Positions 10,122-20,345 of a DNA stretch of 40,145 nt are shown one piece after another. The notes under the pieces are model-generated. The model worked only from the letters and a program-made list of their open reading frames with translations. It had not been told where the DNA came from and searched no databases. The translations under genes and the position numbers were made by a program. The stretch lies in assembly GCF_001194135.2 (NCBI RefSeq), contig NC_068992.1, positions 32,597,003 through 32,637,147 of the forward strand. Reading direction: 5' to 3'. This DNA is from Octopus bimaculoides. Lineage: Eukaryota. Position 1 is the stretch's first letter, and every line of letters starts with the position of its first letter.

Positions 10122-11564
10122 GTTCATATTTTAATTTAAACCTGGGAATGTCTTTTTCATTGGACGTTTCTAATACTTATTTGCTCTCCGCTACATATTC
10201 GGAGTTACAATTTTTACTTATATTTTCAAATAATCGTTGAAGCCATTTGTTATGGTTAAATACACGACATGACTCACACGTCTTTCTCACATGAATAATA
10301 TGAATCTACTAGTTCCAATGTTTCTGCTATATTCCTTCTAAAGTTCCTTGTATTATAGATTCTACTTCCTGCACTGGAGAGTGCGTTGATTTTTAATCTA
10401 TTTAAGACAAGAAAAAAAAAATATATATATATGCATGCATACTGAAATTCACGTTATTGAATTTCTGAATTCAGTTGTGTTGTTGCAATAAAATGTGTGT
10501 TTACGTATTTGGGTAATATATTAAAGTTTTAAAGTTTTCCTCAGTCGTTCCTTTGTCTGTCCATTTTGGAGAATACAGTAGGACTTTTGCAATGAAAATG
10601 TAAACATCCTTTTCATTGCAAAAGTCCTACTGTATTCTCCAAAACGGAGAAAAGAAAACAAGTTGCAGATAGTAAAGTTTTAAGACTTACTAAATATGGT
10701 CTTGTGTATGACCGCACAGAGAGAAATGGTAGTGTTCTTAGAATAAAAAGGCGGATGATGTTTGTTACTATTATTATTACTATTATTATCAATATTATTA
10801 ATATTATCAGTATTATTATTATCATTATTATCATTATTATTATATCTCTGTACGAGACGACCGTCTGCAAGAATTAAAATTCTTGTATATTTTAACATGT
10901 CTCCTCCATTTTTAACTAAAGTGATGAGTTTTATGGGACTTTATTCCATAAATTCACTATACAATATGTGTATGTGTGTGCAGTTAATTAAAATGACGGA
11001 GAAAAAGACAAGAAAAATAACAACGGGAGGACGTAGTACCTGCAAATTATTAATGGGACCCCCAGTGAAGGAAATAAAGAATGGTTGTTTTACGTTTTGG
11101 GCATAACCCTTCTTGGAAACAGAAGACATAAGAAAGTCCAAAAGAAAAGGAAGAAAGAGGGAAAAATCGCCAACAGTCCACGCATACTTACATTATTGAA
11201 ATGATCTGTAGATGGACAAAGAGAAAGTGCTTCCTAGGACAGAAGAGTGTGAAGAATGGTTAGTATATATGTGTATGTGTGTGTCTGCGTACCTGTGTGT
11301 GTGGTAGCACGTGTGTGTGGTAGCACGTGTGTGTGATAGTGTGTATGTGTATTGTAGCGTGAGTGTGTATGTGTGTGCGCGTGGAGAAGTGTGTGTATAT
11401 GTGCATGTGCGTGAGTGAGGAAATGTATGTACGTATCTGTATGTATATGTGTGCATATATGCCTGGGCATGTATGTATGGGCTGTTCGTATGTGTTGTGT
11501 GTAGAAGGTTGTATGTGTGTGTGGAGATATACGTGCGTTCGCGTGTGTGTGCCTGCATATATAT
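10122..11564 (-). repeat. Right inverted arm of Penelope-like element, with ~400 bp extra sequence at ~10400-10820
   Basis: Reverse complement of 6967-8003 at roughly 75-80% identity (visual estimate). Both arms keep a short coding relic (M/L)LKY..IL/RL.LAD.R.VQRY. Confidence 0.9.
10564..10644. other. Perfect 35-bp inverted repeat with 11-nt spacer
   Basis: TTTTGGAGAATACAGTAGGACTTTTGCAATGAAAA (10564-10598) is the exact reverse complement of 10610-10644. Confidence 0.95.
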
Positions 11565-11616
11565 ATATACATATAAAAGGAGAAAATATTTGTTATTATT
11601 ATTATTATTATTATTG

Positions 11617-11894
11617 TTTTATGTTCGACTTTTGTTTTGCATTTGTACAAGTTGGATCCAAGTCTCACCCAGAGACCTCAAGAGACAACAAGTTAGAAGT
11701 TCATGTAGGTGTTATGCCTAGGGTACCATATATTTGGATTTGTACATAGTGTTGTTCTAGAGAATGTTTAAGAAACCATAAGAAAAAAAGTGTTTGCTTT
11801 AAAAATTGAGATCACATAGACAGAATTTTACGTAGGATATGGGCAGATCCCATGAGCACTATCTTTTGAACTTCAGCCATTTGGGGGTTTCCTG

Positions 11895-11898
<4 letters not shown>
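11617..11898 (-). mobile_element. 5'-truncated R4/Dong-like (RLE) non-LTR retrotransposon in a (TAA)n tract
   Basis: Minus strand 11898-11812 reads IPGNPQMAEVQKIVLMGSAHILRKILSM*, the QK..L.G(T/S)AHILR C-terminus typical of R4/Dong/CRE-type elements. It is followed by ~190 bp of 3' UTR, with (TAA)n on both sides (11593-11615, 11896-11935). Confidence 0.75.
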
Positions 11899-11935
<37 letters not shown>

Positions 11936-12111
11936 NNNNNNNNNNNNNNNNNNNNNNNNNNNNNNNNNNNNNNNNNNNNNNNNNNNNNNNNNNNNNNNNN
12001 NNNNNNNNNNNNNNNNNNNNNNNNNNNNNNNNNNGTGGATTTGAAAAATTATAACATATAAGCACAAGACATGTACTCTATTACCTCGTATTTATATGTA
12101 AGTCTTGGCAA

Positions 12112-12181
12112 TCCTGCTGATGAGAGCTTCGCCTAGCAAATTATTTATTTGCTGAAGAGAGGTTGAAACCATTGTCCAGGA
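12112..12181 (+). ncRNA. Type I hammerhead motif, family B copy 1
   Basis: TCCTG-CTGATGA-(41 nt, inner hairpin AGCAAAT/ATTTGCT)-GAAA-CCATT-GTC-CAGGA. Confidence 0.75.
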
Positions 12182-12567
12182 AATAGTTGCTAATTGTTTT
12201 TATTTTTATTCATTTTCGAAATTACCCCTAATAGTGGTTTGGATTGTGACTACTCCCTCTAGTGGGTTCGATGTCCTATTATGGACATATTTTATGTGTT
12301 TAAATGTACACTTATATGAATAATATATAGACTATTTATTAGTTTTTCTACACGCTAGGCCACTGGTAATAAAACAATTCTAAATAAGTTTTTTCTACCC
12401 TGAAATTTATTAATGATAATGTTTTGGCTAATTTTGGAAGAATGTCGACGTTATTTATATTTGCTGCCTACAAAAAACTGCGCTTGCGCGGTGGATTTGA
12501 AAAGTTATAACATGTAAGCACAAAGCATGTACTGTATTGCCACGTATTTATATGTTAATCTTGGCAC

Positions 12568-12638
12568 TCCTGCGGATGAGAGCTTCACCTAGCAAGTTAC
12601 TTTATTTGCTAAAGAGAGATTGAAACCATGGTCCGGGA
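12568..12638 (+). ncRNA. Type I hammerhead motif, family B copy 2 (U4 to G core change)
   Basis: TCCTG-CGGATGA-..-GAAA-CCATG-GTC-CGGGA. Stem I is kept by a G.U wobble. Confidence 0.65.
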
Positions 12639-13029
12639 AAAAGATAGTAAATGTTTTTATTTTTCATTTCCTTTCAAAATTACCCCTAACAGTGGTTTGG
12701 ATTTTGACTATTTCTTCTAGCAGGTTAGATGACATATTATGGCGTTCTCTCATGTGTTTCAATGTACACTGTATTTATATGAACAATATATAGTCTATTG
12801 ACTAGTTTTTCTACAGGCTAGGTCACTGGTAGTAAAAAAGTCATAAATAATTTTTTGCTACCCTGAAATTTATTAATAATAATCTTTGGCTAATTTTGGA
12901 AGAAATTCGGCACTATTTTTATTTGCTGCCTTCAAAACACGGCGCTTTCGTGGTGGATATGAGAAGTTATAACTTGTAAGCACGAAGCATGTACTGTATT
13001 TCCGCGTGTTTAAATGTTAATCTTGGCAC

Positions 13030-13100
13030 TCCTGCTGATGAGAGGTTCGCCTGGCAAATCACTGTATTTGCTGAAGAGAGGTTGAAACCATGGTCCAGGA
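13030..13100 (+). ncRNA. Type I hammerhead motif, family B copy 3 (best preserved)
   Basis: TCCTG-CTGATGA-(42 nt)-GAAA-CCATG-GTC-CAGGA. Intact cores, 5-bp stem I, palindromic ACCATGGT stem III, GUC triplet with cleavage predicted after 13095. Base of stem II is imperfect. Confidence 0.8.
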
Positions 13101-13993
13101 AATAGTTGCTAAATGTTTTTGTTTTTCATTCACTTTCGAAATTACCCCTAATAGTTGTTTGGATTTTGACTACTCCTACTAGCGGGTCCGATGTCCTATT
13201 ATGGACAGGTTTTATGTGTTTNNNNNNNNNNNNNNNNNNNNNNNNNNNNNNNNNNNNNNNNNNNNNNNNNNNNNNNNNNNNNNNNNNNNNNNNNNNNNNN
13301 NNNNNNNNNNNNNNNNNNNNNNNNNNNNNNNNNNNNNNNNNNNNNNNNNNNNNNNNNNNNNNNNNNNNNNNNNNNNNNNNNNNNNNNNNNNNNNNNNNNN
13401 NNNNNNNNNNNNNNNNNNNNNNNNNNNNNNNNNNNNNNNNNNNNNNNNNNNNNNNNNNNNNNNNNNNNNNNNNNNNNNNNNNNNNNNNNNNNNNNNNNNN
13501 NNNNNNNNNNNNNNNNNNNNNNNNNNNNNNNNNNNNNNNNNNNNNNNNNNNNNNNNNNNNNNNNNNNNNNNNNNNNNNNNNNNNNNNNNNNNNNNNNNNN
13601 NNNNNNNNNNNNNNNNNNNNNNNNNNNNNNNNNNNNNNNNNNNNNNNNNNNNNNNNNNNNNNNNNNNNNNNNNNNNNNNNNNNNNNNNNNNNNNNNNNNN
13701 NNNNNNNNNNNNNNNNNNNNNNNNNNNNNNNNNNNNNNNNNNNNNNNNNNNNNNNNNNNNNNNNNNNNNNNNNNNNNNNNNNNNNNNNNNNNNNCGAAAC
13801 CACTATGATATATTGGGTCGTTGGCTGACGAGGAAATCGTCTAAGTTTTAGTGTAGTTTTCCGTTTGTTCTGCTTTCGTTTTTTCTCTTTCCTTTCCCTT
13901 GTTATGTTCTTTCATTTCAAGCCTTGATCTCTCCCCGTCCCTGTCTGTGTGACTGTTTGTCTCTCTGTCTCTGTACACGCACGCACGCACTCA

Positions 13994-14029
<36 letters not shown>

Positions 14030-14411
14030 AAATAAGTCATTATTCATGGTTATTTGAAGATCTCTTGCCAATAGGCAAAGACCTGATTTCTAAATTAGAT
14101 CCAAGGCTCTTTCATTGGAATTTCCACATCAGCAACACGGTATGTGTGTACCTACATCCGTACGGGTACATGCATATATATGACCAGATTTGTATGTTTT
14201 GTTTTTGTATGTCTTCTCATGCATATACTTGCATATCTTGACATGCTCATGTATTCTTAAATTATAAATCTCTGGAAAGTATCACTTGTTGTGATAGTTC
14301 CAAAGTTGGATTGGATCTCTAGTCTTCGAATCAGCTTTCTCTTTGTCTTTTTTTCAGATGCCTAATTTATCAAGGTTTGTATTTAGATAGTATGTATGTA
14401 ATTTTGTTTTA

Positions 14412-14630
14412 TTCCTTTACTTGTTTCATTCATTAGACTGCGTCAATCTCGAGCCATAAAGAACTTTTACTGGAACGAATCGACGTCAGTACATATTCTC
14501 TCTTTAAACTTTGTGCTATCCATATAGAATGTACTAATTCTATAGAACATAAACACAACAATATCGCTTATCAAACGGTGATGGGGAAATCACAGCTACA
14601 AAATCACATACACTTATATTACACATATAT
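14412..14630 (-). mobile_element. Diverged SINE 3' fragment
   Basis: TTCCTTTACTTGTTTCATTCATTAGACTGCG.. homologous to 26645 and to the reverse complement of 5100-5155. Confidence 0.65.
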
Positions 14631-17540
14631 ATGAGTGTGTGTGTGTACATGAGTACGCGTATGCGAGAATTCTTGCGAACTTAAACAGGTATTAACTATG
14701 TATGCAAATTGTTCATACACATTACTTTCAGAGGAAAACTATATATACATAATATTATCTTAAGAATCTAGATGTTAATATCTTGATATGGCACTAGGTT
14801 CCGGAAATCTTAGAAAACCCGAAAGGCTGCCTTGTTAGCTTATTTATAAGAAGTTTGATTAATTCTAGTCAACTGACCATAAACTCTAGCATAGATAAGG
14901 AAGTAGGCAATTTAATCACTTCTCTTTAAGAAGAGCGTACATTATCCAGATTGATTGTGAGATCAAGATGCCTGCATTTCGACTTTGACTTTGTTGTAAT
15001 CTTTGTTGTTTTAAGATAGTGCAGCTTCATTCATAGAATTTTTATGCGTCGCCTAAGTATTTGTTGACTATGAAATGTCTAAGAGTTCGAAAACTTATCG
15101 CCTTCTTGTTTGTATCGTACAATACACATTTGACGTTTCTAATAAAAACAAATGTAAGTTTGTTTATATATACACATATGGAAATTAAGTTGAATTCACC
15201 CGGTTATTTCTAGAAGTGTCCTGTCAAATGGGTACCAGGAATACACACCTGAAGTGTCCAATTATATTCATGGATAAGAGTATAAAACCGGTAGTCTTCT
15301 GAAATTCCTGTACTTCCACTTATTAATGTAAAATGAAAGGTATATTAATCAGTTTTTTGGGACAGTACTCTTATAATTGTTATTAACATTTTCAGATAAA
15401 AACAATACACAACCACAGATACTAATGATTTACTTCTAATTAATACGAAAGTCAAAACTAAAACGCAAAAATCTAAGCGTGTTTCAGGAGTGTAACGATG
15501 CGATAAATGTGTGGCTGTTAAAATCATTGTGGATGAATCAAATTTCACGTGACATCGACATATTCATTCATTATTCAGGTCTAGATTGAGTAAGAGTACG
15601 TGCATCATTTCTGGTTTCGTTTCTCTTCTATTGTCTATAAGATTCTATGCACTTTTGAATCAATGAAATGGTGGTTTTCAATAAGCGATTTTCAAAAAGT
15701 ATATTATTGTACCGATATAAGTGACGAAAATCTCTAAAGATTGGTCTCTACAAAGTTAATTAAAGTTATTGGTGTGTAAGTGTAAGTTCCTACACATACG
15801 ACATTATGTACTGTTGTTCGTTTAGAAATTCCCGTGTCACAACAATAGTAAAGCTGAAAAAATAATATTAAACATTGTAATTTAAGCTTTCATTAAGGGC
15901 AATTTCAACCAAGCACAAATATATTAAAAAAACCATCAATGTTGAAAAGTTTCCTTAAGAATATCAGTGAAAGAAAGACTTAAATCCACGTTACTGATTT
16001 CTCCAAAAGAAAAATGGTTTGCTAGAAAGGGCAGCCAACGAAGCTTTCACATAAATTGATGGAAGACGTTACCGGTGGAATATCCGGGAGAATATTATGT
16101 ACAAATTACGCCAAGAAATAGGTAGTGGCATATATATTACTGTTTCTGGCCTACATTATCAGTCCAGACTTTCGGAACCATTAACGTGTGATTCGATAGA
16201 GACTTTTAGAATATTTCTTGCTCATCTAAAGACTATTTCTTTCCTTTACTGTTATCTTATCAATGAACTTTCAAATTTGTTTATCGTAGACCTCTTTAGA
16301 GAGACCTTTGCTCTAGATAAGTTGCCAGATATATGTACCGTTCAAAGAAATTCATGCAAGACACTAAGATCTCTAGAACATGTCCCTAATCACATTATTG
16401 ACTGCAGTAAATTTTAATTGGTCATCCTTAAACCAGCAATCACCATTAGTAGCATCTTGACTCTCTTCCCATCACCTGCAACCGTTTTAATTTGTTGGGA
16501 TTCTTATAAAACATTGATGCTTTTGCAAATTGGTTAATTGAACTTGGAGCATTGGTATGAAATCTAATTAGTGTCGATAGAAGTAAGTTCATTCTGTCAT
16601 GATAAATAATGGATTTAATGAAATAAATATCTATTTTCTGCCACTTAAGTGAGGTCAAATTATATCGGGTTTATGATTACTCTTCTCATATTACTACATT
16701 TTACAATCGCATTTAATTAGATATTCAATACGTCTTAGTTGCCAGATACAACAGGTTATCAAACAAACTAATTTACAGTATATCATTTTCTCCGTTCTAC
16801 AAATCCTATCATGTTCTTACTTCGCCTCTATCTTTCTAAAACACTTATTTAAATTCTGCTGTGTTGCATCGACGAACCCTATGATCAAAAGTATTCAAAA
16901 CATGCTTAACGTCCTTTTCTGGGTAACTAACACTACATTATCCAGAATGTATCTTTATTTCTTGATACAGCAACGTGATATTTGTGCAATAGTTTCCTCT
17001 CATTTTATGCAGACTGTTTGTACATAGAAGCTACTTTATTGATAACATTTAATATTGTTTCATTCATTCAGTATGATCAGATCCTTACAAACATGGTCTT
17101 TTGTTTAAGTATTATAAAATGTGTTTTAAAATAATTTGCATTCAGAATTAAAAATTGCATCATGATACTACAAGCTAAGTTTGTTGATCCTGTTTGTGGG
17201 TTATTTCACATTATTTAGAATCTTAGATTCATTACTAAATGTTACCTGATGGTGCCGTGGTTTATATACCAAAATAAGCACAAAGATATCCGTCAACACA
17301 TCACATAAGTGTCAACTTGCAAGGTGATGTCTACAAATGAAAATAAGTCCAAGTGGAGAGAGGGATAAGAGATTTACATCAACAACAACGAAGTGATAAG
17401 GAAATGGATTTCATCCATAAGCCTGACACTTTGCTAGCTTTGAATAATTAATGATAATAGCAAACAGATGTTTCATTTACTTAAGTAGTTGGTTAGTTGT
17501 CGACGTCAGAAATATTGATATTTTCATCATCCATTTAAGA

Positions 17541-17855
17541 ATAATCCAAGGGATTACAATCGGGGGAATTAGGAGGTAAGAAATTGGGGCTGGTGAAGTC
17601 GTAGAAATTCTCTGACAACCAGTTCTGTCGCTTTCCGGAGGTGACACGGACCTTACTACCACATATTCTTGCTACCATATATCACAAACTCCTCTCTAGC
17701 CAGGGTTTCACCACTTTCTTCAGGAGTTTCAGATAGTTATCTGAATTGAGCTTAAAACCCTGTTCAAATATGTGGGGTTACATGACGTTAACCTCATTGG
17801 AAATAGACACAAAGACCATGGCGGTATTTGTGTGTTTGGTTCTTATGATGTCCAT
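17541..17855 (-). pseudogene. Tc1/mariner superfamily (DD37D/maT-like) transposase relic
   Basis: Minus strand: ..TKHTNTAMVFVSISNEVNVM*PHIFEQGFKLNSDNYLKLLKKVVKPWLER..TSGKRQNWLSENFYDFTSPNFLPPNSPDCNPLDY. The terminal (W)PPNSPD(C/L)NPLDY motif is characteristic. Confidence 0.85.
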
Positions 17856-19056
17856 GTCATGTCTTACAGCTTTTACAATTTTCACAGAACGTTGAACAGA
17901 AGACGTCATGTTGTCATTATTTTGATACCCGGCCAGAATCATTATGATAAGGTAACGCTTTTCTAGTATTCATGTGGCTTTCAGTCCTCAATGTCTGCCA
18001 ATTATTTTCTTAACTACATCGTTAAATGTTATATTGTCTCGTCAACGCCGTTGACATCAAGCTGATCCTGAATAAAGAAGTAATAAAATCGTGAGATTTA
18101 TCCCAAATATTCTGTAGCACATCACATACTCAAAAGGGGTTATACATCGGTACTCATATCATAATTTTAGTTACACGACTAGACACTAAATGAGATCTGA
18201 GTCATCAATTTTACACCCAGAAATGTCTAAATCCATGCTAACATTTTCGATATCCGTAGATATCTCCTACCTACAAGTAATCGAAGTAGATAGAAGTTTT
18301 AGATATTGTAATATAGGTTTTAAAGTGTACCTCACGTCCCTTCCTCTGACATTATCTGTTGACTGCAAAGCGTTAATGTCGAGTCATAAATCAAGTGTAC
18401 AAAAGATGAACCAAATGAGATCCAGAAAGGAGCTTCATGGAAATAGTTTTCTTACCAAGAAACCAAGACAAACACTACAAAATTAGCACATCGCTACTAA
18501 TGTAGATCAGCTGTAGATCGTGCATGACGATGGTGTCATTCAGATTTAGAGTTGAAATATTATATATAAAATGTTCTCTTTCATTAGCAACTGATATATC
18601 GGCTCTCAAATTCAAAAAAACTCGTCTGGCAATGCACATACAGAAAGAAAAAAAAAACGATGCAACCAGGGGGAAATGTTATTTGTAATTTTATCAGATG
18701 CAGCAATAGTTGCGGGTTGCAAGAAATTAATACAGTATATAATATATTCAGAAGTATATACTTTCACATGGCTACGTCTATCCGTATATAAGTGCAGATA
18801 GACAAATGTATATTTACATTATCTGATTGAATACAAACTGTAAATCCATCCGAGGGATAGTTCACAGTGTGGCACACGTATAAAGGAACGCAAATGGGGT
18901 TTAAAATTCACACCACGTGTTGCAACGGCATTTGATCAATTCATAGATTATATCGTAATAAAATGTACCATGCAAGTTTTCGTGGTTTTAAACAAACAAC
19001 CAGAGTAGTATGGGAGGAAATTTGAGTTAACTAACCATGTTTCATAGCGAAGCAAG

Positions 19057-19231
19057 TCTTCTTCTTCTTCTTCTTCTTCTTCTTCTTCTTCTTCTTCTTC
19101 TTCTTCTTCTTCTTCTTCTTCTTCTTCTTCTTCTTCTTCTTCTTCTTCTTCTTCTTCTTCTTCTTCTTCTTCTTCTTCTTCTTCTTCTTCTTCTTCTTCT
19201 TCTTCTTCTTCTTCTTCTTCTTCTTCTTCTT
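19057..19231. repeat. Uninterrupted (TTC)n microsatellite, ~58 units
   Basis: Direct inspection; source of the poly-K and poly-L ORFs in the track. Confidence 0.97.
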
Positions 19232-20084
19232 TTCCAACGTTCTTTTGAATGTTGATATGTTCGCGTCTTTTCTATGGATGTTTTTCAATATCAGGACTTT
19301 AATCCACATGGATTTACACTAGATTGCACCTAAGGACTTATGGATTTATTACTACAAGATTGTGACGTTAAACTGTGAACTTTTATGCTTCTTCTTTCTT
19401 CTCTTTCTTCATCTTCTTATTCCTTTACTCTATGTCGTCATTTCATTAATCTATATCCTTCTCATTTTCCCTGTTTGTCTCCGATAACAGAATATCCCAT
19501 ACTCTTGGATATCCCAGAAACAGCTGTAAGACTTTGAATTCTTTTCCAATAATAATAAGGCATATGACGTGAGATGTTTGCCTTGCCTTAACGTTTGTTG
19601 TCCTCTATAATGACTATATATCCGCTCTATCGAAAATCTGCTATGGCTCCATAAGTGCCGCCTCGGCNNNNNNNNNNTTTTGTTCTGCAAACCAGTACCT
19701 TCTTTTAGGATGAACCTTAAAAATGACCATGAAAATATACATAGATAATTTTATACGTACATGCATATTTACAATTAATACGTGCACTTATATATATTCT
19801 CACAGGCATGAAAAACTTTAACAAAAAAGGAAATGAAAAGATATAAATCTGGTGATCCTATGCCCACACTACATCATTAGGTTTTTATCTAGAATTAATG
19901 AGGTATTGTGTTACGAATATTTCGATACTATTTCCTTAAAAAGAGAAAGGTCATTGGTAATTAGAAAATTACAAGGCAACAAACTACTGAAACTAGAAAT
20001 ATCAGCAAAATATTCCACAATCAAACCTTTAGTACATACTTATAATCATATACATATATACATTTAATGCCAAAGTATTTGTAC

Positions 20085-20345
20085 AGTTGTTGTTGACACT
20101 CCGTCGCTTACGACGTCGAGTGTTCCAGTTGATCCGATCAACGGAACAGCCTGCTCATGAAATTAACGTGCAAGTGAATGAGCTCTCCACAGACACGTGT
20201 ACCCTTAACGTAGTTCTCGGGGATATTCAGCGTGACACAGTGTGACAAGGCTGACCCTTTGAATTACAGGCACAACAGAAACAGGAAGTAAATGTGTGAG
20301 AAAGTTGTGGTGAAAGAGTACAGCAGGGTTCACCACCATCCCCTA
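20085..20345 (-). mobile_element. Well-preserved SINE-like repeat
   Basis: GC-richer 260 bp block (CCGTCGCTTACGACGTCGAG..GATCCGATCAACGGAACAGCC..) with a (CAA)-like tail remnant on the minus strand. Recognised from memory as an abundant octopus repeat; single copy in the window. Confidence 0.55.

Larger units (their letters stand above)
6967..11564 (+). mobile_element. Decayed Penelope-like retroelement bounded by long inverted repeats
   Basis: Arms 6967-8003 and 10122-11564 are reverse-complement homologues enclosing a GIY-YIG pseudogene. Both outer ends abut TA repeats. Confidence 0.75.
12035..13221 (+). repeat. Family B tandem array, 456-462 bp monomer (~2.6 units visible), hammerhead-containing; both ends lost in gaps
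   Basis: GTGGAT(T/A)TGA.AA at 12035, 12491 and 12953; units are colinear along their whole length. Confidence 0.95.

Noticed and set aside
12035-13221. Tandem repeats as a CRISPR-like array
   Set aside because: Units are homologous along their whole length with no unique spacers; eukaryotic context with no cas genes.
16097-16658. 106-aa and 70-aa ORFs as possible host exons
   Set aside because: No recognisable domain or convincing splice sites; one or two ORFs of this size are expected by chance in 40 kb.
19031-19309. Poly-K/poly-L ORFs; also poly-V/poly-L at 38383-38706 and HT/CV-repeat ORFs at 5331-7255 and 11193-11749
   Set aside because: Translations of trinucleotide and CA/GT repeats with no coding signal.
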